NCBI GenBank assembly: GCA_964605835.1
Contig: CAZSEH010000002.1
Span: 19,773-83,772 of the forward strand
Reading direction: 5' to 3'
Length of the DNA stretch: 64,000 nt
Origin: an uncultured Opitutaceae bacterium
Lineage (GTDB): Bacteria > Verrucomicrobiota > Verrucomicrobiia > Opitutales > Opitutaceae
Under the pieces are notes generated by a model. It saw nothing but the letters and a program-made list of their open reading frames with translations. It had not been told where the DNA came from and did not search any database. A program made the position numbers and the translations under genes. Within the stretch, counting starts at the first letter, position 1, and every line of letters begins with the position of its first letter. Shown one piece after another: positions 49,656-58,751 of the stretch.

Positions 49656-51149
49656 CTAAAACCGCGAGGCCATGTCGACGGCCTTGAACAAGGCGGACGC
49701 CTTGCTGATTGTCTCCTGGTACTCGGCGGCAGCATCGGAGTCGGCGACGACCCCTCCGCCGGCCTGTATGTGAATCTGGCCGTCCTTGAGGAGCGCCGTG
49801 CGCAAGGTGATGCAGGAATCAAGGTTGCCATCGTAGCTGAAGTAACCGAGCGCTCCCGCGTAGAATCCGCGCTGCACGGTCTCCTTTTCGGCAATGATCT
49901 GCATTGCCCGGATCTTTGGAGCGCCGCTGACCGTGCCCGCGGGAAAAGTCGCGCGCATGAGGTCGAACGCGGTCCTTCCGGGCGCGATCCGGCCCTCCAC
50001 CTGGGAGACGATGTGCATCACATGGGAATAGCGCTCGACCACCATCAGTTCGGGAACGTGCACGGTTCCAAATGCGCAGACGCGGCCTATGTCATTTCTG
50101 GCGAGATCGACGAGCATCAGGTGCTCCGCGCGCTCCTTGGCGTCGGCCATGAGCTCCTTTTCGAGCGCCAGGTCGTCCGCCACCGTAACTCCGCGCCTGC
50201 GGGTGCCGGCGATCGGGCGGATCTCGACCAACCCGTCGGTCAGCCGCACGTGCACTTCGGGCGAGGCCCCCACGAGTGAGAAATCGCCCGCATCGAGTAT
50301 GAACATGTAGGGGGACGGATTCACCGACCGAAGCGTCCGGTACAGATCGAGGGGGCTGTGCCCGAAGGGCCGCGTGAAGCGCTGCGACGGGACGACCTGG
50401 ATGATGTCGCCCGCCCGGATGTATTCCTTGACGTCGGAGACGAGGCGCTCGTAGGCCTCGCGCGTGAAGTTCCCCGGAGGAACCTCGACAACTGGCGTCT
50501 CGAAAAGAGGGGCGGGGGCCAGTTCGCGCGCCTGCCTCAGGACCTCGTAAAGGCTTTGCAGTTCGGCCACCGCGCCCGCGTAGGCCTCGTCCACCCCGGG
50601 CCCGGCGGCGGCTGGGAGGTGGGCGTTGACGCACAGTCGCAGCGTCTGCCGCACCCGGTCGAACACGACGAGCGTGTCCGAAAGCATGAAGTAGGTGAGG
50701 GGGATCCCGAGCGCGTCGACCGGGGCGGCGGGAACGGTCGGCTCGATGCGGGTTATGTATTCATAACCTATATAGCCCACGGCGCCGCCTGTGAACCGGG
50801 GCATCCCGGGCAGCTTGACGGGCCTGTGCCCGTCGAGCTCCCGCTGAAGCAGCTCGAGGGGATCCTGCGGGGTTGGAATTGTCTCCGTCGGCTTTCCCGG
50901 CCTGCGGATCTCGGTCGTCTGCGGGCCGCTCGCTATCACCATGCGGGGCCGGCATCCTATAAAGCTGTATCTATAAAGATTCTCGCCGCCCTCGACCGAC
51001 TCCAGAAGATAGGCCGGCCCCCGGTCCTTCAGCTTCGCATAGACGGAAACCGGCGTCTCGAAATCCGCCATGAGATCGGTGTAGACAGGGATGACGTTTC
51101 CCTGAAGCGCGAGCTTCCCAAACTCGTCTCTGGACGGGTGGACGTTCAT
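49656..51149 (-). CDS. trpE: Anthranilate synthase component I
   Basis: ORF 49656..51197 begins at a TTG. I prefer the ATG at 51149, preceded by aagaggg. 'LLESVEGGE', 'GGAVGYIGYE', 'FPAGTVSGAPKIRAMQII', 'GALGYFSYDGNLDSCITLRT'. No trpG/D adjacent. Confidence 0.93.
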   Translation of the reverse strand: MNVHPSRDEFGKLALQGNVIPVYTDLMADFETPVSVYAKLKDRGPAYLLESVEGGENLYRYSFIGCRPRMVIASGPQTTEIRRPGKPTETIPTPQDPLELLQRELDGHRPVKLPGMPRFTGGAVGYIGYEYITRIEPTVPAAPVDALGIPLTYFMLSDTLVVFDRVRQTLRLCVNAHLPAAAGPGVDEAYAGAVAELQSLYEVLRQARELAPAPLFETPVVEVPPGNFTREAYERLVSDVKEYIRAGDIIQVVPSQRFTRPFGHSPLDLYRTLRSVNPSPYMFILDAGDFSLVGASPEVHVRLTDGLVEIRPIAGTRRRGVTVADDLALEKELMADAKERAEHLMLVDLARNDIGRVCAFGTVHVPELMVVERYSHVMHIVSQVEGRIAPGRTAFDLMRATFPAGTVSGAPKIRAMQIIAEKETVQRGFYAGALGYFSYDGNLDSCITLRTALLKDGQIHIQAGGGVVADSDAAAEYQETISKASALFKAVDMASRF

Positions 51150-51234
51150 TGTGAAAAGGGCCCTCTTATGCGGGCCGGCGGACGCGCGGGCAAACAATTT
51201 GTCAACCGGCGCACCGCTCCCCGTCCGCCACGGT

Positions 51235-52059
51235 TCACCGTGCGAAAAACGGGTTGTGCTCCTTTTCCTGGGAGACGGTGGTCAGCGGGCCGTGGCCGCA
51301 GGCGAGGACCGTGTCGCGGGGCAGCGTGAGGATCTTTTCGCGGTCATTCTTGTATTGTTCGGCAAAATGCGACGGGCTTCCGCCCATCGATGAGGCGAAA
51401 AGGGAGTCGCCCACGATCGCAAGGGGCCAGCTCAGGCCGGTGATGTAGTAGGTCGTCTGCCCCGGCGAGTGGCCCCACGTGAGGAGCGTCTTGATGGCGA
51501 GGGGCCCGATGTGAAAATGAGCGTTTTCAGCAAAAGCCCTCGCTCCGGGCAGGCCTGCCGGCTCCCGATCGCTCGACCACACATCGGCGCCGGTCGCCGC
51601 GGCCAGGCGCGGCAGGTCGGCGACGTGGTCCTCGTGGGTGTGGGTGAGGAAAACGTAGGCGATCTTCAGCTTTTCGGCGCCGGCGAGGTCGAGCATGGCC
51701 TCGCAGCTCGCTCCCGTGTCGAATGCCGCCGCCACGCGCGACTTCGAATCCCACACAAGGTAGCTGTTGACCGTCATGTCCCCGTACGGCGTGTTGAACA
51801 TGGCGAAGCCGCTCCGGAAATTCGGCGCCTCCGGATACCAGCGCTGGTGCGCGAGGGCTTCCAGCGCGTCCGGATTCAGGCGCAGATGGCGCGCCAGCCG
51901 CCGGATCACGGCGTCAATCACCTGGCCCGACTTCACGGCCAGAAGGTCGGCAAGGCTCACCTCCGCCCGGCCCGACAGGTCCGGGTCGCTTATGCGCAGC
52001 CCGCGCTGCGCCTTGCCGATCACGTCCGTGAAATTGTCCTCGAGGGGGATGCGCGCCAT
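51235..52059 (-). CDS. MBL-fold metallo-hydrolase
   Basis: 274 aa. '[14 protein letters not shown]' (HxHxDH), later 'GHSPG' and 'CGHG'. Confidence 0.8.
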   Translation of the reverse strand: MARIPLEDNFTDVIGKAQRGLRISDPDLSGRAEVSLADLLAVKSGQVIDAVIRRLARHLRLNPDALEALAHQRWYPEAPNFRSGFAMFNTPYGDMTVNSYLVWDSKSRVAAAFDTGASCEAMLDLAGAEKLKIAYVFLTHTHEDHVADLPRLAAATGADVWSSDREPAGLPGARAFAENAHFHIGPLAIKTLLTWGHSPGQTTYYITGLSWPLAIVGDSLFASSMGGSPSHFAEQYKNDREKILTLPRDTVLACGHGPLTTVSQEKEHNPFFAR

Positions 52060-52121
52060 GGTGGCGGCACTTTACTGTTTCGTATCGCAAAGGCGCAAGC
52101 TTGCCCACACGTTTGCCACCT

Positions 52122-52904
52122 ATGAGCGATTTTCTCGATTCCCTTTTCTCCCTTGGCGGCAGGGTGGCCGTCGTCGTAGGCGGGACCGGTGAACTTTGCG
52201 GGGCCATGGCCGAGGGCCTGGCCGCCGCCGGGGCGGAGGTCGTGCTGGTGGGCCGCAACGAGGCAAAGGCGGCGCCGCGGATCGAAAGGATCAAGGCTGC
52301 GGGCGGGAAGGGCTATTTCCAGTCGGCCGAGGCGAGCGACAAGGGCCAGCTCCAGGGCCTGCTGGGCTCCGTCATCGCAAGGTCGGGCCGGGTCGACATC
52401 GTCATCAACGGCGCGGGCGTGAATTCGGCGACGCCCTTCCTGGACATCGCCGAGGACGAATTCGACCGGATCGTGCGGGTGAACCTCAAGGGGGTTTTCC
52501 TGGGCTGCCAGGTGTTCGGAAAGTACCTGGTCGACCGGGGGCAGGGCGGGTCCATCATCAATCTGGGCTCGATGTCCGGCATCGTTCCGCTGTCGCGGGT
52601 TTTCACATACTCGGCGACGAAGGCCGCCGTCCACAATCTCTCCAAGAACCTCGCCCGCGAATGGGCGCCCAGCCGCGTGCGGGTCAACACCATAGTGCCC
52701 GGATTCTTCCCGGCTGAGCAAAACCGGAAGATCCTGTCGCCCGACCGCGTGGCCTCGATACTCGGACACACGCCGATGAAGCGCTTTGGGGACGCGCGCG
52801 AACTCGTGGGCGCGACGCTCCTCCTGGCGAGCGACGCGGCGGGAGGCTTTATAACGGGGGCGGAGATCGTCGTCGACGGCGGGTATCACGCGATGACGAT
52901 TTAA
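52122..52904 (+). CDS. SDR-family oxidoreductase
   Basis: ORF 52101..52904 starts at a TTG. I prefer the ATG at 52122. '[14 protein letters not shown]' (TGxxxGxG-like), 'NGAG', 'YSATKAAV' (YxxxK). Confidence 0.85.
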   Translation: MSDFLDSLFSLGGRVAVVVGGTGELCGAMAEGLAAAGAEVVLVGRNEAKAAPRIERIKAAGGKGYFQSAEASDKGQLQGLLGSVIARSGRVDIVINGAGVNSATPFLDIAEDEFDRIVRVNLKGVFLGCQVFGKYLVDRGQGGSIINLGSMSGIVPLSRVFTYSATKAAVHNLSKNLAREWAPSRVRVNTIVPGFFPAEQNRKILSPDRVASILGHTPMKRFGDARELVGATLLLASDAAGGFITGAEIVVDGGYHAMTI

Positions 52905-52905
52905 G

Positions 52906-53000
52906 CACGGCGTCTTTGGCTGCGAACGGAAAATCAAGCCGTCGCCCGGGCGGGCGCGGCTTATTTTCTGTCTAAGGATTATAGGCATTGTGTATTATAA
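52906..53000 (+). repeat. Copy B of the ~95-nt terminator-containing repeat (hairpin 52936-52962)
   Basis: cacggcgtctttggctgcgaacggaaaatcAAGCCGTCGCCCGggcGGGCGCGGCTTattttctgtctaaggattataggcattgtgtattataa. Starts 2 nt after the SDR stop. 11-bp stem with one bulged T, 4-nt loop, then a U-rich tract. Confidence 0.7.
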
Positions 53001-53098
53001 TAACTTGTAGACGGCACCATTATAGTCAGGTCTCACGAAAGATAATGCCTGCACGCTCTTGCCACGGCGTGCAATTTGTGGCAGAATTTGCGACATAT

Positions 53099-53476
53099 AT
53101 GGTAACTGCAAAGATAAGGGAATTGAAGGCCACGAAAGCCAAGCTCGCGAAGCTCGAGCAGTACGTGGCCGCAGGGCTTCGAAAGGAGCTGGCCGCGCTG
53201 CCCGCTTCGTACGGGTTTGACAATGTCGAGGCCTTCACCGCCGCCGTTTCGGCCGCCGCCGGCCGCCGGGCCAGGGGCGCAGGGACGGGCGGGGCCGTGG
53301 GCGGCGGGAAGAGGCGCCGCCGCCGGGCCGTCATCACGGACGGGACGCGCGCGGAAGTGAAGAAGCTCGCGGGCGCCGGAAAGACGGGCGCAGAGATCGC
53401 CGCTGCCGTCGGAATCTCGCTTCCCAGCGTCCAGAACATCAAGAAGGCCCTCGGGCTGGTCAAGGCGCGGAAGTAG
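53099..53476 (+). CDS. Small coiled-coil + basic linker + C-terminal HTH protein (possible nucleoid-associated or regulatory protein)
   Basis: ATG at 53099 within ORF 52988..53476 (125 aa). 'KIRELKATKAKLAKLEQYVAAGLRKEL', 'GGGKRRRRRAV', HTH 'AGKTGAEIAAAVGISLPSVQNIKKALGL'. Preceded by an AT-rich ~130-nt island. Confidence 0.6.
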   Translation: MVTAKIRELKATKAKLAKLEQYVAAGLRKELAALPASYGFDNVEAFTAAVSAAAGRRARGAGTGGAVGGGKRRRRRAVITDGTRAEVKKLAGAGKTGAEIAAAVGISLPSVQNIKKALGLVKARK

Positions 53477-53543
53477 GCATCCATCGGCGGACGAGTTTTT
53501 TTTGTTGGCTCGGCCGCCCGGGCGGGGCGAGTGTCGGCAGGCC

Positions 53544-54461
53544 ATGCCGACAGTTTTCATACAGGCCAACACGAACGGCCGGCTCCACCCCGCGAGCGAA
53601 CCCTCCCTGCCGCCGCTGAACCGCGGTTATCTTTACGGCGACGCCATCTACGAAGTGTGGCGCACGTACGGCGGGGTGCTCTTTGCCTGGGAGGAGCACT
53701 GGAGGCGCCTGCGGGTGTCGGCCGCCGCGCTGCATCTGGACCTGCCCTTCGAGCCCGGGCGGATTCTTGGTGAGATTGCGCGCACCGCGGCCGCGCACCG
53801 GCAGGCTGGCGGATACGCGGGGGAGCTTTATGTGCGCCTGCAGATTTCGCGGGGCGGCGGCCCGATCGGCCTCGACATCGCGCTCGCGGACACGCCGGAC
53901 TTCGTCCTTCTCGTGCAGCCGTGCCCGGAACTCTCCGCGGAGAAGGCCAGGGACGGCCTGAGGCTCTCCCTGGCAAGGGACCTGCGGCGCAATTCGGCGG
54001 ACACGCTCAATCCGGCCTGGAAGACGGGAAACTACCTGAACAACCTGCTGTGCCTTCGCGAGGCGCGCGCCCGCGGCGCCGACGAGGTCGTCATCCTCAA
54101 CCTGGCCGGGGAGGTGACGGAGGCCGCGGTCTCGAACATCGCGTTCATGCGGGACAAGACGCTGGTGACGCCGCCGCTCCGGGCCGGCATCCTGTCCGGA
54201 ATCACGCGGGGCCTTGTCCTCTCCACGGTTGCGGCGGAGGCTGGCCTTGCTGTGGAGGAGGCAGCGCTGACGGAGCGGGACTTCGCGGCGATGCGCGAAT
54301 GCTTCCTCATGTCCACGACCAAGGACATCGTCCCCGTGGCCTCGATCGACGGGTGCCGCTTCGAAGTCGGGCCGGACACGGCCACGATGCGGCTCAAGGC
54401 GGCCTTTGGCCGGTACGCAAGCCGCTATGCCGGGGCGCACCGGGAGTTGGGATTATTCTGA
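53544..54461 (+). CDS. Class IV (fold type IV) PLP-dependent aminotransferase / aminodeoxychorismate-lyase family
   Basis: ATG at 53544 within ORF 53502..54461. 'NRGYLYGDAIYEVWRTYGGVLFAWEEHWRRLRVSAAAL', 'KTGNYLNNLL', 'EAAVSNIAF', 'GITRGLV'. The substrate cannot be assigned from the sequence. Confidence 0.8.
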   Translation: MPTVFIQANTNGRLHPASEPSLPPLNRGYLYGDAIYEVWRTYGGVLFAWEEHWRRLRVSAAALHLDLPFEPGRILGEIARTAAAHRQAGGYAGELYVRLQISRGGGPIGLDIALADTPDFVLLVQPCPELSAEKARDGLRLSLARDLRRNSADTLNPAWKTGNYLNNLLCLREARARGADEVVILNLAGEVTEAAVSNIAFMRDKTLVTPPLRAGILSGITRGLVLSTVAAEAGLAVEEAALTERDFAAMRECFLMSTTKDIVPVASIDGCRFEVGPDTATMRLKAAFGRYASRYAGAHRELGLF

Positions 54462-54877
54462 TGCGGTGCCTCGGCATCGACTATGGCGCCCGCCGCTGGG
54501 GTCTCGCATTCGGAGACGACCTGGGTGTGGCGACCCCCCTGCCGGCGCTCCTGGAGAAGGATCCCGGGCAGCGGTGGGCGGCGCTTGCCGCGATCGTTCG
54601 CGGACGCAGGATCACCGACCTCGTGGTCGGATATCCGCTCAACATGGACGGAACCGCCGGGTTCAAGGCCGCCGAGACCAATCAATTCGCCGGGCGGCTT
54701 CGCTCGGAGTTTTCGCTCCCCGTGCATTTCGTTGATGAGCGGCTGACAAGCTACGAGGCGGAGGAATTGAGCCCGAAGAAGAAGCGCCGGGCGCAGCGGT
54801 CCTCGGGTGTCGTGGATTCGCGGGCGGCGACCCTCATCCTGCAGGATCATCTGGGCCGCGTCCGGCCCCTGCCATGA
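54461..54877 (+). CDS. ruvX: YqgF/RuvX-family putative Holliday junction resolvase / pre-16S rRNA nuclease
   Basis: ATG at 54461 overlaps the upstream stop. 'MRCLGIDYGARRWGLAF', 'LVVGYPLNMDGT', 'VHFVDERLTSYEAE'. Confidence 0.88.
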   Translation: MRCLGIDYGARRWGLAFGDDLGVATPLPALLEKDPGQRWAALAAIVRGRRITDLVVGYPLNMDGTAGFKAAETNQFAGRLRSEFSLPVHFVDERLTSYEAEELSPKKKRRAQRSSGVVDSRAATLILQDHLGRVRPLP

Positions 54878-55638
54878 GCTCCGCCGCGGCACCGAAGTCC
54901 CGGCGCTGGAGATGCGTTTGCGCGTACAATGGGGCCGATTTTGCCGGCTGGCAGAGCCAGGAGCTTCGGAACCGGCCGGCCATCCAGGACGTCATCGAGA
55001 AGCGCCTCGCCGCGATCCTCGGCGCGCCCGTGCGCATTCACGGCAGCGGACGCACCGATGCCGGGGTTCACGCCCGGGGGCAGGTCTTCCATTTTGACGC
55101 GGCGTGGAGGCACGGCCCCGGCAAGTTTCTCGCCGCCCTGCGGGTGGGGCTTCCGGCGTCGATCCAGGTGCGATCGATCCGGGAGGCGACGGGCGGCTTT
55201 CACGCGCGGTTTTCAGCCAGGGGCAAGATCTACAGCTACAATCTTTGCCTCGGGGACGCCGATCCGTTCATTCGCCCGGAGGTCTGGTCGATCTTCCGGC
55301 CGCTTGATCTGTCCGCAATGGAGGAAGCGGCCGCCTTCCTGCGGGGACGCCACGATTTCCGGGCGTTTTCGGCCACCCGGGGTGCAGGGGATGAAGACAC
55401 GGTGCGCGACCTGCGCCGGCTGGAACTCAGGCGGCGGGGCCGGCGGGTGAGGATCGTCGCCGAAGCGGACGGATTTCTCTACAAGATGGTTCGAAGCCTG
55501 GTCGGAGCCCTGGTGTCGGTAGGCGAGGGCAAGCTCGCGCCGGAGCAGGTGCGCGTCATCCTGGCATCGCGCCATCGTACGGCAGCCGTGCAGACCGCCC
55601 CGCCCCAGGGCCTCTTCCTCGAAAAGGTGCTTTATTGA
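54874..55638 (+). CDS. truA: tRNA pseudouridine(38-40) synthase
   Basis: 254 aa. 'YNGADFAGWQSQ', 'GSGRTDAGVHARGQVFHFD', 'FHARFSA', 'DGFLYKMVRSLVGAL'. Confidence 0.92.
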   Translation: MSSAAAPKSRRWRCVCAYNGADFAGWQSQELRNRPAIQDVIEKRLAAILGAPVRIHGSGRTDAGVHARGQVFHFDAAWRHGPGKFLAALRVGLPASIQVRSIREATGGFHARFSARGKIYSYNLCLGDADPFIRPEVWSIFRPLDLSAMEEAAAFLRGRHDFRAFSATRGAGDEDTVRDLRRLELRRRGRRVRIVAEADGFLYKMVRSLVGALVSVGEGKLAPEQVRVILASRHRTAAVQTAPPQGLFLEKVLY

Positions 55639-55642
55639 GGGG

Positions 55643-56380
55643 ATGAAAATCTCCATCCCGCGCGCGTTCCTGCGCGGACTGGCCGACGTCGTTTTTCCGC
55701 CCGTTTGCGTCAATTGCCGCGGGCTCGTCGAGGACGGCCCCTACAGGCACGTGTGCGCGAGATGCGCGAGGTATATGGAGTTTGCAAGACCCCCTTTCTG
55801 CGAGGTATGCGGGCATCCGTTCCTGGGCGGCCCCGAAGGCGCGGGCCCCTGCGAACACTGCGCCGGGCTGAATCCCGCATTTCGAACCGGCCGTTCGGCC
55901 GTGCTTCTCCGGGGTCCGGCCCGCGCGCTGCTGGTCGAGCTGAAGTACCACGGCGGCAGGCATGTCCTGGAGGATATGGAGGAGGTCTTTCGCCGTTCTC
56001 CTCCGGTGATTGAGCACGTGCGCGGCGCGGCGCTTGTCCCGGTGCCGCTTCACCCGCGAAGGCGCCGGGAGCGAGGTTTCAATCAGAGTGCCCTCCTGGC
56101 CGGGGCCCTTGCAAGGGCGGCTGGCGGCGACACGGCGCCCGTGGATCTCCTTGTGAGGCGGACCTATACGCAGACCCAGACCGCCTTCGACCGGCGCTCG
56201 CGCATGGACAACCTGAAAAATGCCTTTGCACTCGTGCCGGGGTCGCGCTTGGATGCGCATCAACGTTACGTCCTTGTTGATGATGTTTTCACGACCGGCT
56301 CCACGCTCAACGGCTGCGCCCGCCTGCTTCGGCGGCACGGCTGCGTGAACCTGGACGCCGTCGTCTTCGCCCACGGTTAA
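55643..56380 (+). CDS. ComF-family phosphoribosyltransferase-domain protein
   Basis: 245 aa. N-terminal Cys pairs (CVNC...CARC...CEVC...CEHC). PRT loop 'YVLVDDVFTTGSTL'. Confidence 0.82.
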   Translation: MKISIPRAFLRGLADVVFPPVCVNCRGLVEDGPYRHVCARCARYMEFARPPFCEVCGHPFLGGPEGAGPCEHCAGLNPAFRTGRSAVLLRGPARALLVELKYHGGRHVLEDMEEVFRRSPPVIEHVRGAALVPVPLHPRRRRERGFNQSALLAGALARAAGGDTAPVDLLVRRTYTQTQTAFDRRSRMDNLKNAFALVPGSRLDAHQRYVLVDDVFTTGSTLNGCARLLRRHGCVNLDAVVFAHG

Positions 56381-56439
56381 CCATCACCTGAGCCTGCCGA
56401 GAAAGTCGCAACGAACCCCCAGGCTGAGCCCGAACATCC

Positions 56440-57294
56440 ATGCATTTTGACAAGCCGACCTATACGGTCAAAAAGACGAAAAAGAAGGGCATCCCGGAGG
56501 GACTTTACACGAAGGACCCGGTGACCGGGGAGATCCTCTTCAACAAGGAAATCGAGGACAACCAGATGGTGGTCCCGAAAAGCGGCCACCATTTCTCGAT
56601 CGGCGCCCGCGAGCGCCTGGCACAGCTTTTCGATCCGGGGACCCTGGTTGAGGGCGATGCCGGCGTCCGCTCCAGCGACCCCCTGAATTTCGTCGATTCG
56701 CAGCCTTACAAGGACCGGCTCAAGCGTTACGAACGGGACAGCGGTCTCCCGGAGGCGGTCATCAACGCCACGGGCGAGATCCATGGGATAAAGGTTTCCG
56801 TGGCGGCCATGGATTTTCGGTTCTGCGGCGGGGCGATGGGGACGGCCGCTGGCGAGAAGATCACCCGGGCGATCGAGGCCGCAATCGACCAGAAGGTCCC
56901 CTGCATAATATTCAGCTCCTCGGGCGGCGCGCGGATGCAGGAGGGAATCTTCTCGCTCATGCAGCTGGCCAAGACGAGCGCAGCCCTGGCCCGGCTTGCG
57001 GAGGCGCGCCTGCCGTTCATTTCCGTCCTGACCCATCCGACCATGGGCGGGGCGACGGCGAGCTTTGCCACGCTGGGCGACATCATTATTGCGGAACCGG
57101 GTGCCCTGATCGGATTCGCAGGCCCGCGCGTGATCCGGGACACGACAAAACAGACCCTTCCCCCGGGTTTTCAGACCGCTGAATTCCTTCTCAAGCATGG
57201 GCTTATCGATCAGATCGTGAGCCGCGTCGAGATGCGGGACCGGCTGCGCGACCTCCTGTCGGCGCTGAATGTCAAAAGAAAGAAGACGGCCTGA
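56440..57294 (+). CDS. accD: Acetyl-CoA carboxylase carboxyltransferase subunit beta (Zn-ribbon cysteines absent)
   Basis: 284 aa. 'IPEGLYTKDPVTGEILF...VVPKSGHHFSIGARERL', 'MDFRFCGGAMGTAAGEKI', 'SSGGARMQEG'. Confidence 0.92.
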   Translation: MHFDKPTYTVKKTKKKGIPEGLYTKDPVTGEILFNKEIEDNQMVVPKSGHHFSIGARERLAQLFDPGTLVEGDAGVRSSDPLNFVDSQPYKDRLKRYERDSGLPEAVINATGEIHGIKVSVAAMDFRFCGGAMGTAAGEKITRAIEAAIDQKVPCIIFSSSGGARMQEGIFSLMQLAKTSAALARLAEARLPFISVLTHPTMGGATASFATLGDIIIAEPGALIGFAGPRVIRDTTKQTLPPGFQTAEFLLKHGLIDQIVSRVEMRDRLRDLLSALNVKRKKTA

Positions 57295-57366
57295 CCCTTC
57301 CGGGAAGATGCGGCTTGCTCCTTTCGCGCTGAGCGCGAGTCGCGGTTCGTCCAGCGCCCCAATCGC

Positions 57367-58677
57367 TTGAAACCAGCTGCGAATTCGGGCGGATACCAGG
57401 CCGTCCAGGAGTACCTCTACGGCCTCAAGGTATGCGGGGTGAAGTTTGGCATCGACCGAATGCGCCTCTTGGCAGGGGAACTCGGGCATCCGGAGCTCTC
57501 CAGGCCCTGCGTGCACGTGGCGGGCACGAATGGAAAGGGCTCTGTTGCCGCGATGATCGAATCCGTCCTTCGCACGGCCGGCTGGCGGACGGGACTGTAC
57601 ACGTCGCCCCACCTCGTGCGCCTGGGAGAACGTGTGCAGGTGAACCGGGTCCCGCTGGGAGAGGAGGAGATCATCGCCTACACCGGCGAACTCAGGCCGG
57701 TTGCGGAGCGGCTGGCGGCGGCTGGCGGACCGGGGGACGGTCCCAGCTTTTTCGAGTTCATGACGGCGATGGCTTTTCTCCAGTTCGATCGGAGGCGCTG
57801 CGACATGAATGTCATCGAGACGGGGCTCGGCGGGCGGCTGGATGCGACCAACGTGGTCCTGCCCGAGGTGAGCGTGATAACGTCGATCGGTCTCGATCAT
57901 TGCGAACTGCTCGGCCGCACAATCGAGTCCATCGCCGGCGAAAAGGCCGGCATCGTGAAGCCGGGCCGGCCGGTCGTGATCGGGCGGATGCCGCCCGAAG
58001 CCGTACTGACAATTCGCGCGATTGCAGCCGAGCACGGGTCGCCCGTCATTTCCGTGGAGGAGGAGTTCGGCTCCGAAATCGGCCGTTATCCCGAAACAAA
58101 CCTGGAAGGCGACTACCAGAGGTGGAACGCCGCAACCGCGGTCCTCGCGCTGCGCCGGCTCGGGAGCGGCTGGAACCTCACCGACGAGGTCGTCTCGCGC
58201 GGCCTGCTCCGGATCGACTGGCCGGGGCGGTGGCAGCGAACGCGGCTGGGCGGGCGCCTCCTGGTGCTCGACGCCTCCCACAACCCGGAAGGGGCGCAAG
58301 TCCTCGATTCCAATCTTGCCCGGCTGCGGGCGGAAACGGGGAGACGTCCGGTAATCATCACGGGCGCCCTGGGAGCCGACCGGGCTGCGGCATTGCTTCC
58401 GACCGTGGCACGCCATGCTGGCGAGATACACCTGGTTGTCCCCAAGCAGTCGCGCGCCTGCAGCCACGGAGAACTGGAGAGCCACCTGCCGGGAGATTTT
58501 CAAGGACGGGTCGTCCGTTCGACCGTGGAGTCGCTGTTTCCGGGACCGGGGGCCTGCACGGCCGGAGGGCCGGAGGATTCGATCGTCGTCACCGGCTCGA
58601 TATACGTCCTTGGCGAAGTGCTGGCCCGCATCGAGCCCGGCCGCGGCGCGGAGGAGAGCCGCCTGCAGGATTTTTGA
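57367..58677 (+). CDS. folC: Bifunctional folylpolyglutamate synthase / dihydrofolate synthase
   Basis: 436 aa, TTG start in the track. Mur-ligase P-loop 'HVAGTNGKGS', 'ETGLGGRLDATN', 'IAGEKAGI', 'LDASHNPEG'. accD-folC adjacency as in E. coli. Confidence 0.9.
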   Translation: MKPAANSGGYQAVQEYLYGLKVCGVKFGIDRMRLLAGELGHPELSRPCVHVAGTNGKGSVAAMIESVLRTAGWRTGLYTSPHLVRLGERVQVNRVPLGEEEIIAYTGELRPVAERLAAAGGPGDGPSFFEFMTAMAFLQFDRRRCDMNVIETGLGGRLDATNVVLPEVSVITSIGLDHCELLGRTIESIAGEKAGIVKPGRPVVIGRMPPEAVLTIRAIAAEHGSPVISVEEEFGSEIGRYPETNLEGDYQRWNAATAVLALRRLGSGWNLTDEVVSRGLLRIDWPGRWQRTRLGGRLLVLDASHNPEGAQVLDSNLARLRAETGRRPVIITGALGADRAAALLPTVARHAGEIHLVVPKQSRACSHGELESHLPGDFQGRVVRSTVESLFPGPGACTAGGPEDSIVVTGSIYVLGEVLARIEPGRGAEESRLQDF

Positions 58678-58751
58678 TTTGATCTCGGGCGGTCGGCCGA
58701 CTCTTTAGTCTTCCGCAACAGGGGCACTCGGCTTCGGTTGCCACGCCAACC

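Noticed and set aside
51150-51197. N-terminal extensions on several track ORFs: trpE from the TTG at 51197, SDR from the TTG at 52101, ABC ATPase from 22303, proA from 25903, ankyrin from 26225, guaB from 61976, nuclease from 8498.
   Set aside because: The extensions are Arg/Pro-rich, overlap neighbouring genes or regulatory motifs, and precede internal ATGs. Those ATGs give canonical N-termini, signal peptides or SD-like sequences.
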